Both the position numbers and the translations under genes were made by a program. Below the pieces are notes generated by a model. That model was not told where the DNA came from. It was given only the letters and a program-made list of their open reading frames with translations, and did no database searches. A stretch of DNA of 64,000 nt from Candidatus Kaiserbacteria bacterium (GTDB taxonomy: Bacteria; Patescibacteriota; Minisyncoccia; Phycocordibacterales; UBA2100). Shown here in pieces: positions 1 through 7,512 of the stretch; positions within the stretch are counted from its first letter, which is position 1, and the number at the start of each line of letters is the position of its first letter. The DNA lies in the NCBI GenBank assembly GCA_016217925.1, contig JACRFK010000004.1:133869-197868 (forward strand). The letters are read 5' to 3'.

Positions 1-2
1 CC

Positions 3-185
3 AAGACCCTCGACGAGCTGCCGTACCTCGAACACGGCGCGCACTACGCGATTTTCGGCTTGGCCCTCGCGATGCTTCTCGGTATTTTCGTCCACGTCCC
101 CGAAGCAATCACCGGCCTCATCGGCTTGGTGATAATTATCTTCGCCTACATTTCTTCTCGCAGAGAGATTCGAAAGGATGCTTAA
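3..185 (+). CDS. C-terminal fragment of a membrane protein (5' end lies outside the window)
   Basis: open frame from the window edge to TAA at 183-185; hydrophobic TM-like stretch ...AIFGLALAMLLGIFV...GLVIIIFAYI; no family recognised. Confidence 0.3.
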   Translation, partial: KTLDELPYLEHGAHYAIFGLALAMLLGIFVHVPEAITGLIGLVIIIFAYISSRREIRKDA

Positions 186-230
186 AGGTCCATGTGTTCC
201 TTATTCTTGCGACCGCGCGAATAAGGAATA

Positions 231-998
231 TCACTTGCTCGATAGTTTCCACAGGGATTCGAAGAAATCGCGGTAGCCGTCGGCGACCTCTTTGCTTGAT
301 AGGGTGAAACAGAGAATCTCGTCGCCATACACGACGAACGAAACAGATTCGGGGAATATTTCAATGCCTATAATCCCGACACCAAGCCCGGGAAGGATTT
401 TGTATGTCCAGTTGAACCAGTTTTTTTCACGTTCTGATAAATCTACTCTTCGTGATTCGACGCCGAGGTAGCGAATGGTGATATTTTTTTCTCTTCGCAA
501 CGTATCAAGTTCTTCAAGGAAGCCGAGGTTCTCAACGACCTGTCGATACCTGTCGGCAGCACTTGCGATCGCACACCAAACTGTGTTGTTCGGCATGTTT
601 CGGAGGATGTTCATTTGGTGCGACATGAATGCGACGTCACCTTGATATACTTCAAAATCCTGTTCGTGTTTCCCGGCGAAGCGATCTTGCAACTCCCTAA
701 CGATCGACTGCGTTGTGAGCCTTTTTTCTTCTACCAGACTCAAAAGCCGATTTGGAGTGTTCGCACTGAATTTCTTACGGCCGTTTTTTATAACGTGTCT
801 CGCAAGTCCCAACTCCTCAAGCCGCGTGAGCGCATTGTAGACAAACTGCCCATGCAATCCTGTGGCGCGTATCAATTTTGAAGAGCCGATGTCGCGATAT
901 GGAAGGAGAGACAAGTAGACCTTCGATTCTTTTTCGCTCAAACCGAGACCCTCAAGTTTTTTTGTGAGCTGCAGACTATCATCAAACTTTTTTGACAT
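231..998 (-). CDS. TrmB-family winged-HTH transcriptional regulator (paralog 1 of 4 in this window)
   Basis: 255 aa; N-terminal L..LGLSEKESKVYLSLL motif typical of the TrmB HTH. Confidence 0.75.
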   Translation of the reverse strand: MSKKFDDSLQLTKKLEGLGLSEKESKVYLSLLPYRDIGSSKLIRATGLHGQFVYNALTRLEELGLARHVIKNGRKKFSANTPNRLLSLVEEKRLTTQSIVRELQDRFAGKHEQDFEVYQGDVAFMSHQMNILRNMPNNTVWCAIASAADRYRQVVENLGFLEELDTLRREKNITIRYLGVESRRVDLSEREKNWFNWTYKILPGLGVGIIGIEIFPESVSFVVYGDEILCFTLSSKEVADGYRDFFESLWKLSSK

Positions 999-1057
999 AT
1001 AGCAACAAAACGCCTTGTTTCATTGCTATTTTATCACAATAATATCATCAACAAAGA

Positions 1058-1085
1058 TTGACAATATAATACGACGTGGTATGAT
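1058..1085 (+). promoter_or_regulatory. sigma70-like promoter TTGACA-16bp-TATGAT upstream of the 1205 operon
   Basis: TTGACA at 1058-1063, TATGAT at 1080-1085; followed by the 7-bp-stem hairpin GGTGGGGaggtacaCCCCACC in the 5' UTR. Confidence 0.4.
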
Positions 1086-1204
1086 TCGTGGGAAGTTCTT
1101 TGAAAATCTTGGGAAGTGGTCATAGCGCAGGTGGGGAGGTACACCCCACCTATGCTGTGACTACTATCTAACTCAACCCCGCTACAACGCAGAAGGAGTA
1201 AATC

Positions 1205-1543
1205 ATGTCGATTGCTTGGGATGTGTTACATGAGCATGCCGCTGAGGCATTGAGCAAAGGAGAACGCCCTACCTTTACCGTCGATGAGGGCAGCGTTTTC
1301 CGAGTGTTTGACGAAGTCTTCACGTTCAAGGAATCCCCTGTCGATGCCGATTGGTTCCGACGATTTCAGTCGCGAATCTCGGAACTTAGCGGAGGTCGGG
1401 TCACACTGACCCTTGGCGACGTTCGGCAATTCAAAAGCCGCGTGAGAGGGCCTGCGGAATATCTCCTTCTTACCGTCAATGGAATTGCTCACCGTGTGAT
1501 CTTCGGTCCATACGGTACGCCGTTCTCTTTCGACAGCGATTAG
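1205..1543 (+). CDS. hypothetical protein (first of three small co-oriented genes)
   Basis: 112 aa ORF; strong SD GAAGGAG 8 nt upstream of the ATG; no homolog recognised. Confidence 0.55.
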   Translation: MSIAWDVLHEHAAEALSKGERPTFTVDEGSVFRVFDEVFTFKESPVDADWFRRFQSRISELSGGRVTLTLGDVRQFKSRVRGPAEYLLLTVNGIAHRVIFGPYGTPFSFDSD

Positions 1544-1613
1544 GTGACGGACTTCATGAGTACGTCGGGATTCAACGCAGATCAAACCGCGCTTCGGCGC
1601 AAAGGAGGGACTC

Positions 1614-1952
1614 ATGGGCTGGAGAATGTCGTTCGGTACGTTCGCTTCGGGTGACGCGATGCTTCACCACTTCAGAATGCTGGAACGTAACAGGCCAGAG
1701 GCACTCAAGCGGATTGATGAGCTTGTGGTCGAGGCTAAAATCATCAACCATCCTCTCTTCAGGCGGGTGGTCAAGAAGATAAGACAGGCCCGCGATGCAG
1801 GCGAGTTCTATATCTACAGTGGGGACTGGTGGTTCGGTGTTTATGCGGAGTCCGAGGTCCACATACTGCGCTGCTGCCTCAAGCCTCTCAAGGTGATTCA
1901 CTGCGACCAAAACTGGACAACCGGATACGGACACATCGCGGTGGAGTGGTGA
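1614..1952 (+). CDS. hypothetical protein
   Basis: 112 aa; SD AAAGGAGGG upstream; no homolog recognised. Confidence 0.55.
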   Translation: MGWRMSFGTFASGDAMLHHFRMLERNRPEALKRIDELVVEAKIINHPLFRRVVKKIRQARDAGEFYIYSGDWWFGVYAESEVHILRCCLKPLKVIHCDQNWTTGYGHIAVEW

Positions 1953-2121
1953 CAGGCTAAAAGCTCTGAACCTGGGAGGTTAAAACTCCCCTCTTTTGAG
2001 CCCACGACTCATTCGCGGTCTCATCGAGAAAGTGTTCTTTGAAAAATGATAGTTGCAGCGGAGAGATGCGTTGAGAGTACGCGTTTGTCGGCTGTGACTA
2101 TCAACCAAGAGGAGCCGTCTA

Positions 2122-2508
2122 ATGACCAAGCTGAGCAAAATCCCGACGCTAATCAATCTACCTGAAATCGTGGGAGGCCATTTCTTCAAGGCGGAGTTTC
2201 CAAAATATATTGTCGCGAAAATCTCACTAGGGTCGGAGTCAAAATACGTTCTGTACGTCAATCCAGGCAGTGAAGATGACCACTTGACGCTGGAAGAGGA
2301 GCTGAAGGGCCTGGTCGCGAATCAAGTGAGCGGCGCTGTCATCGAGTGTGTCGGCGGTGGCAGAATCGCATACGCCCCTGGTGCCAGTGATTCGTGCATT
2401 ATCGGCATCACGGGAAAGAGTTCGTTATTCGGAACCGAAAACAAAGACAACACCGTAGCGATGCTCAAGGCTGCGTTCCCACATGCCGAGAAGATCGTTG
2501 CATTCTGA
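2122..2508 (+). CDS. hypothetical protein
   Basis: 128 aa; SD AAGAGGAG upstream; followed by a rho-independent terminator. Confidence 0.55.
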   Translation: MTKLSKIPTLINLPEIVGGHFFKAEFPKYIVAKISLGSESKYVLYVNPGSEDDHLTLEEELKGLVANQVSGAVIECVGGGRIAYAPGASDSCIIGITGKSSLFGTENKDNTVAMLKAAFPHAEKIVAF

Positions 2509-2523
2509 CGTGTCTTTAGATAA

Positions 2524-2557
2524 ACGGCCGACTGAAAAGTCGGCCGTATTCTTTTTC
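2524..2557 (+). terminator. rho-independent terminator
   Basis: hairpin CGGCCGACTgaaaAGTCGGCCG followed by TATTCTTTTT. Confidence 0.7.
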
Positions 2558-2565
2558 CGATTTTT

Positions 2566-3240
2566 TTATTCCACCCCCGTTATTTTTCCCGCTTCGGCGG
2601 CGCCTTCGGCTGCCTGTTCGGCTATCGAGTCGTCGGGTGCAGAGACCTGGATGTCGCGACCTGCGGGCCTGGTGGCCGGTCCACGGACGTTACGTCCGCT
2701 GCCGCGTACGGGGCGGTAGTTCAAGAGGTAGCGGCGCGGGTCTTCGTCTAGGTCGAGGAAGTTGTCGGTCGCTTCGCGGAGTTTGCCCGAGGTCGAGCGG
2801 CCGAAGGAGACGACCTCCACCTGGCAGCCGGCGTGCATTTGTAAGTACTGAACGAGCGGGACGAAGTCGCCGTCGCCTGTGATGAGGATGACTGCGTCGA
2901 GGTTTGGTGATGCGGTGATGGCATCTACCGCCATACCGACGTCCCAATCCGCTTTTTTGGCACCGCCGTAGAAGACCTGGAGCTCTTTGGTCTTTGGTTC
3001 GATGCCGACTTTCGTAAGCGCTTCGATGAAGGCCGTCTCTTCACCGCTCTCGGTGGTCACCATGTAGGCGCGTGCGCGGATGAGGCGACGGCCGGCGACT
3101 GAATCCTTGAGGACGTTGCCGAAATTCACGCGCGCATGATAGATATTTTTCGCGCTGTGGTAGAGATTTTGCGTATCGATAAATACACCGACGCGCTGTT
3201 CTGAGTGTTTGATTATGGCCATATGATTTTGCGAAATCAT
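2566..3240 (-). CDS. NYN-domain (LabA/DUF88-like, PIN-fold) protein
   Basis: motifs VGVFIDTQN and ILITGDGDF typical of the NYN domain; the track ORF starts at a TTG, first ATG is at 3240. Confidence 0.6.
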   Translation of the reverse strand: MISQNHMAIIKHSEQRVGVFIDTQNLYHSAKNIYHARVNFGNVLKDSVAGRRLIRARAYMVTTESGEETAFIEALTKVGIEPKTKELQVFYGGAKKADWDVGMAVDAITASPNLDAVILITGDGDFVPLVQYLQMHAGCQVEVVSFGRSTSGKLREATDNFLDLDEDPRRYLLNYRPVRGSGRNVRGPATRPAGRDIQVSAPDDSIAEQAAEGAAEAGKITGVE

Positions 3241-3282
3241 GTCGCGTCCCGTCAATTGTTACGCGACCCGCTTTCTGTTAAT

Positions 3283-3306
3283 AGCCACTAGGGATTAGCC
3301 ACTAGT
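3283..3306 (+). promoter_or_regulatory. tandem TAGCCACTAG-GGAT-TAGCCACTAG motif (copy 1 of a recurrent motif)
   Basis: near-identical double motif also at 39214-39240 and 58884-58907, single copy at about 62337. Confidence 0.4.
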
Positions 3307-3383
3307 GAAATTTATTAAAATATCCGCTAATCGGAGTATAGCTTACAAAACGAAGGGTTTGTATGAAGAAAACCGATGGAGGT

Positions 3384-3650
3384 TTACTTCTTGAGACCGA
3401 GCTTCTTCACCAAAGTGCCGTACGAACGCTTGTTGGTCGCTTCCAAGTACTTCAAATGCTTGCGACGGTCGGCGACAAGACCCAAAAGCCCGCGGCGACT
3501 GTGCTTATCCTTGCGATTTTTATCCAAATGGACCGAGAGTTCCTCGATTCTACGCGTCAACACAGCCACTTGGACCTCCGGAGAGCCCGTATCAGTGTCG
3601 TGGCGGCGCGCTTTACCGATCTCGTTTTGCTTCTTACGCTTCGTAAGCAT
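3384..3650 (-). CDS. rpsO: 30S ribosomal protein S15
   Basis: 88 aa; HDTDTGSPEVQVAVLTRRIEELSVHL...HSRRGLL matches the S15 signature. Confidence 0.9.
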   Translation of the reverse strand: MLTKRKKQNEIGKARRHDTDTGSPEVQVAVLTRRIEELSVHLDKNRKDKHSRRGLLGLVADRRKHLKYLEATNKRSYGTLVKKLGLKK

Positions 3651-3743
3651 CGCGGAATCGTATCATATTCCTCGCCATTTAGCAAGAGGGCGGCCCGTAT
3701 TCATCAACAGGGGCCGCCTCTCTTCCGTGGCTTGTTTGCGGGT

Positions 3744-4271
3744 TTATTGGGTCGCCGCCGGGGCCTGTGTGGTAGCGGGCGTCGAGGTGCCGGGCTGTAC
3801 CTTCACGAGCTGAACCTGGAAAATAAGCGTCGAATTGGCTGGAATTATGACTTTTCCGGAAGCTGGGTCTTTCACGTCCTGATCCCCGTAGGCAAGGCTC
3901 GGGGGAATCGCGAGGAGACGCTCTCCACCTTCTTTCATGGTGTTGATACCGATCTGGAAGCCGGGAATAAGGCCCTGAGAACCGAGTACGAAGGTAAGCG
4001 GCTTGTTGTCGTGAGCAGCGGAACTGTCAAAGACGGTACCATCGGTAAATTTACCTACGTAGAGGACGGAGACGGTGTCTCCGGGCTTTGCTTCAAGGCC
4101 CGTGCCCACCTTCACGTCTTGGCCCTGTACCTGATTAGCCTGATCTGGAGTCGTGGTTGCAGTTTGTTGCGCAGGCGCTGCCGGAAATATCTTTGACTTG
4201 TAAACGAAATAACCACCAATAAGGATTACAATAATAACGACGAACGCGATAACCATTGCTTTTGTATTCAT
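3744..4271 (-). CDS. FKBP-type peptidyl-prolyl cis-trans isomerase, membrane-anchored
   Basis: N-terminal TM helix; GDTVSVLYVGKFTDGTVFDSS...LIPGFQ...GGERLLAIPPSLAYG FKBP motifs. Confidence 0.8.
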   Translation of the reverse strand: MNTKAMVIAFVVIIVILIGGYFVYKSKIFPAAPAQQTATTTPDQANQVQGQDVKVGTGLEAKPGDTVSVLYVGKFTDGTVFDSSAAHDNKPLTFVLGSQGLIPGFQIGINTMKEGGERLLAIPPSLAYGDQDVKDPASGKVIIPANSTLIFQVQLVKVQPGTSTPATTQAPAATQ

Positions 4272-4315
4272 AGCTTGTACAGGATAACTCTTCAGAAGAA
4301 TCGTGCAAGGGTTGC

Positions 4316-5569
4316 ATGAGACGGGTAGAGCGTATACTGGGAATTATGGAACCGCTCGCGTCAAAGATACGACCGAAAACGCTCGACGAGTTCGTCGGTC
4401 AGGAGCACTTGACGGGCGCGGGCAAGCCTCTGCGCGTGGCCATCGGGAAGAAAGAGCTTTTCTCATTTATTTTGTGGGGGCCGCCGGGGAGCGGCAAGAC
4501 GACACTCGCGCGCATCTACGCAAATGCGGTCGGCGCGGATTTCTATGAGCTCTCAGCGGTCGATTCGGGCAAAGAAGATATAAAAAAAGTGGTCCGCCTT
4601 CGCCAAGGCTTCGGCGGACAAGTCGGCTTGCCTCTAAAAGAAAAACCGCGCGTGCTGTTTGTCGACGAGATACATCGCTTCAACAAAGCTCAACAAGATT
4701 TCTTACTTCCCTTCGTCGAGCGCGGCGACATCACGCTCATCGGTGCGACCACGGAGAATCCCAGCTTCGAGATTATTTCGCCGCTGCTTTCCCGTTGCCG
4801 CGTCTTCGTATTGAACGAGCACTCAGAAGGAGAAATGAGGTTGATTATTGACCGTGCATATGCGGCGGTACAGAAAAACGCCCGCCCCGTCAGAGATAAG
4901 AACGCAAAGCGTTCTGGCGACGCAAGTCGCATCTCTAACGGGGCAAGCGAGTGGCTCGTGCGGATGGCAAACGGCGATGCCCGCCAAGCGATAACCACAC
5001 TCGAAACGACGCAGGCGCTCTATGGAAAGATTTCACTTGAGAATCTCAAAGAAGCCATTCAATCAAAACATCTTCGCTACGACAAAAAGGGCGAAGAGCA
5101 CTACAACACCATATCCGCGTTCATTAAGAGCATGCGCGCTTCACAGCCGGATGCTGCGCTCTACTACCTCGCGCGCATGGTGGATGCGGGCGAAGACCCC
5201 AAATTCATTGCGCGGCGCATGGTGATATTCGCAAGCGAAGATATCGGGCTCGCACAACCGACCGCGCTGGTCGTCGCCAATGCGGTGTTTGAGGCAGTCA
5301 ACAAAATAGGATATCCCGAGGCGACGATAAACCTTGCGCACGGCGTCGCATACCTCGCCCAGTGCAAAAAAGACCGCCGCTCATACGATGCGGTCTTTGA
5401 AGCGCTCGATGATGTAAAAAGATTCGGCAATCTCCCCATCCCGCTTCACATCCGCAACGCACCGACGAAGCTCATGAAAGAATTGAAGTATGGAAAAGGC
5501 TACAAGCAATACGACAAAGAATCCTATCTGCCGGAAAAACTAAAAAAGAAAAAGTATTTGAAAGGTTGA
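4316..5569 (+). CDS. rarA: replication-associated recombination protein A (AAA+ ATPase RarA/MgsA)
   Basis: Walker A GPPGSGKTTLA, FVDEIHRFNK, sensor motifs; a second in-frame ATG at 4346 is also a possible start. Confidence 0.85.
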   Translation: MRRVERILGIMEPLASKIRPKTLDEFVGQEHLTGAGKPLRVAIGKKELFSFILWGPPGSGKTTLARIYANAVGADFYELSAVDSGKEDIKKVVRLRQGFGGQVGLPLKEKPRVLFVDEIHRFNKAQQDFLLPFVERGDITLIGATTENPSFEIISPLLSRCRVFVLNEHSEGEMRLIIDRAYAAVQKNARPVRDKNAKRSGDASRISNGASEWLVRMANGDARQAITTLETTQALYGKISLENLKEAIQSKHLRYDKKGEEHYNTISAFIKSMRASQPDAALYYLARMVDAGEDPKFIARRMVIFASEDIGLAQPTALVVANAVFEAVNKIGYPEATINLAHGVAYLAQCKKDRRSYDAVFEALDDVKRFGNLPIPLHIRNAPTKLMKELKYGKGYKQYDKESYLPEKLKKKKYLKG

Positions 5570-5570
5570 A

Positions 5571-5605
5571 AATAAAAAAGGCGGCCGCGCTGGCCGCCTT
5601 TTACT
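5571..5605. terminator. bidirectional rho-independent terminator
   Basis: A-run, hairpin GGCGGCCGCGCTGGCCGCC, T-run; serves rarA (+) and the small gene on the minus strand. Confidence 0.7.
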
Positions 5606-5624
5606 CTCCGTTCCCCTCTGTGGA

Positions 5625-5798
5625 TTACGGGTTGTGTCGCCGGCGGTCTTCCGGGGGGACTACGATGAGCGTCGTCCCGGTACGTTCGTCGCTCGAACGC
5701 TCCGTAACGCGGGTGCCCACTGGTCGCTCGGTTTCGAACGCTTGACGACGACGATCGGTAGCTGCCATCTGGTCGATATGACCATGGTCGGTAGCCAT
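5625..5798 (-). CDS. small hypothetical protein (57 aa)
   Basis: ATG preceded by perfect SD AAGGAGGTG; upstream TTGATA-18-TAATAT promoter-like pair; terminator immediately downstream; no homolog recognised. Confidence 0.4.
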   Translation of the reverse strand: MATDHGHIDQMAATDRRRQAFETERPVGTRVTERSSDERTGTTLIVVPPEDRRRHNP

Positions 5799-5880
5799 GC
5801 CCACCTCCTTCATGCAAAGAGTCATCTTTGCGTTCTTATATTATGCCACTGGTTCGGCAATTATCAAGCTCTCCAAGACC

Positions 5881-6807
5881 TCAATCCATCAGGGGCTTTT
5901 TCACGTCCACGTTGGTCGTCTGATACACCCAGTTTATCCAGTTGGAATAGAAGACCTGGCCGTTCGCCCCCCAATTTTTGAGCGGCGTTTTCCGGGGGTC
6001 ATCGCCCGGGAAGTAATTCTTCGGAAAGTCTATCGGCAGGCCTAGCGATTTGTCCCTGAGATATTCGCCTGCTATATCATCGCGATCATATTCAGGATGT
6101 CCTTGTATGTAGATTTCTCGCCCTTTTCGTCCGGAAATCAAGTGCAATCCTGCGTCTTTGCTCTTAATGAGAATCTCGAAGCCGCGGAGGCCCAACAGAT
6201 CTTCTTCCCTGATTCCCCGTTGTCGCGCGTGGGGTACTAATATCTCGTCGTCCATTCCTTCTACGAACGGCGAACCCGAAGCGTGGTTGACCTGATGCCT
6301 GAAGACGCCGAACTTTTTCCTCTTATATGCATGTGGGCGGATGCCGTGACGGTGATACAGCATGGCGTGGGCGGCCCAGCAGCAGTAGACGGTCGATGTC
6401 ACTTGCTCGCGTGCCCAGTCGAAAAGGTCGGTGAGTTCTTTCCAAAAGAAGATTTCCTCGAATACGTGGTGCTCGAGATTTCCTCCGGTGACTATGAGTC
6501 CATCGAGGCCGCTCTTTTTTACGTCACGTAGCGACTTATAGAATGCATCGAAGTGGTCCTGTTTGGACGCCGATTTATGTTCATCGAAACGAATGAACGT
6601 CGGTTTTATCTGAAGAGGTGTATTTGCAAGGGGACGTAAGAACTGCACCTCTGTCCGCTCGAGGGTGGCGCTAGGCATGAGATTCAAGATCCCGATTTCC
6701 AGCGGACGAATGTCTTGCTTCTCTGCGCGCTCGGTAGATATCTCGGCCACCTGCTCGCGCTTGAGGTATGCGAATGCCGGGAGTTTCTTGTTGATGATGA
6801 GTGCCAT
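5881..6807 (-). CDS. metA: homoserine O-acyltransferase (MetA/HTS family)
   Basis: LPAFAYLKREQV...IRPLEIGILNLMP...GLIVTGG aligns with the MetA N-terminus; start refined to MALIINKK. Confidence 0.8.
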   Translation of the reverse strand: MALIINKKLPAFAYLKREQVAEISTERAEKQDIRPLEIGILNLMPSATLERTEVQFLRPLANTPLQIKPTFIRFDEHKSASKQDHFDAFYKSLRDVKKSGLDGLIVTGGNLEHHVFEEIFFWKELTDLFDWAREQVTSTVYCCWAAHAMLYHRHGIRPHAYKRKKFGVFRHQVNHASGSPFVEGMDDEILVPHARQRGIREEDLLGLRGFEILIKSKDAGLHLISGRKGREIYIQGHPEYDRDDIAGEYLRDKSLGLPIDFPKNYFPGDDPRKTPLKNWGANGQVFYSNWINWVYQTTNVDVKKPLMD

Positions 6808-6939
6808 AGCGAATCCTAAAAATACCATCTACGCCGCCAGAAGCAAAAAAAGAAGAAAGTTTAAGGCAAGTTGTGTTTACAAATGAATAGCTATAGAGTT
6901 GGCTCAGTCCTAGGTGCCACATCGTGATTGGAGGCGTCG

Positions 6940-7281
6940 ATGATCCCATTCCCGTTCCAAAAAGGGATGCCGTTCAGAGAAATGATCTGCAAGGAGAAGG
7001 ACCAGATGGACCGGCTCATCATCTTTCTCTGTCGCAACGGGCTTGATCCCTTTAAGGCAGCCAAAAAGATCAATACTGCGGTCGGCCGCACGATCTGCGA
7101 AGTGCATACTGGGAGCCTCGTTGAGTACGAGGATGTCGGTTCCCCGAAGCACGTCAACGTCAACGGCATTCATAAGTTTGCCCTGGTTAAGATTGTAGTC
7201 GTACGGGTCAAGTATGCGGACGGCTACGAAGGCTACACTTGGCGAACTCAAACCGAGGTGCAACCGAACCGAAAACAGTAA
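6940..7281 (+). CDS. hypothetical protein
   Basis: ATG with GGAGG 5 nt upstream; terminator hairpin directly after the stop; an antisense ORF of equal length was rejected. Confidence 0.45.
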   Translation: MIPFPFQKGMPFREMICKEKDQMDRLIIFLCRNGLDPFKAAKKINTAVGRTICEVHTGSLVEYEDVGSPKHVNVNGIHKFALVKIVVVRVKYADGYEGYTWRTQTEVQPNRKQ

Positions 7282-7294
7282 TTGATCGTTTCAA

Positions 7295-7321
7295 GTGCGC
7301 CCTCACGGGGGCGCATTTTGA
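7295..7321 (+). terminator. rho-independent terminator
   Basis: TGCGCCCtcacGGGGCGCA followed by TTTTG. Confidence 0.55.
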
Positions 7322-7331
7322 TTCGGTGCAT

Positions 7332-7415
7332 ATGTTGCACAACGCAGATTATCCAACACAAGGTGTCGGATAATCTCAAAATATTGTGCAACGTAAATAC
7401 GTCGCACAATATTTT
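7332..7415. promoter_or_regulatory. cluster of TTGTGCAAC motifs plus a 13-bp inverted repeat upstream of the xer gene (candidate operator or dif-like site)
   Basis: GTTGCACAA 7334-7342 (rev), TTGTGCAAC 7384-7392, TCGCACAAT 7402-7410 (rev); inverted repeat GATTATCCAACAC-aagg-TGTCGGATAATC 7347-7375. Confidence 0.35.
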
Positions 7416-7431
7416 CTGATACAATTCAGTG

Positions 7432-7512
7432 ATGGCGGCAGATTTGAAGGGGCTTAAGACGCAATTTCTCCCCGCCGGAGGCGGGTCCTCCTCCGGAGGA
7501 GAATACTTATGA
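7432..7512 (+). CDS. upstream ORF (26 aa) mimicking the Xer N-terminus; its TGA stop overlaps the xer ATG (ATGA)
   Basis: [26 protein letters not shown]; residues [10 protein letters not shown] match Xer residues 3-12 (9/10) with 8 of 10 codons synonymously different. Confidence 0.4.
   Translation: MAADLKGLKTQFLPAGGGSSSGGEYL

Noticed and set aside
3363-4196. 277-aa ORF on the + strand overlapping rpsO and the FKBP gene
   Set aside because: It is antisense to two well-supported genes. Long spurious antisense ORFs are expected at this GC content. The same reasoning applies to the other antisense ORFs in the track, e.g. 18148-18861, 26294-27073, 29010-30387, 35018-36328, 38033-38875, 39822-40628, 49460-50422, 51520-52380.
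5634-6045. Plus-strand ORFs of 115 aa (5634-5981) and 82 aa (5797-6045) overlapping the small minus-strand gene and the 3' end of metA
   Set aside because: The minus-strand small gene has SD, promoter and terminator support, whereas these have none and run antisense through metA.
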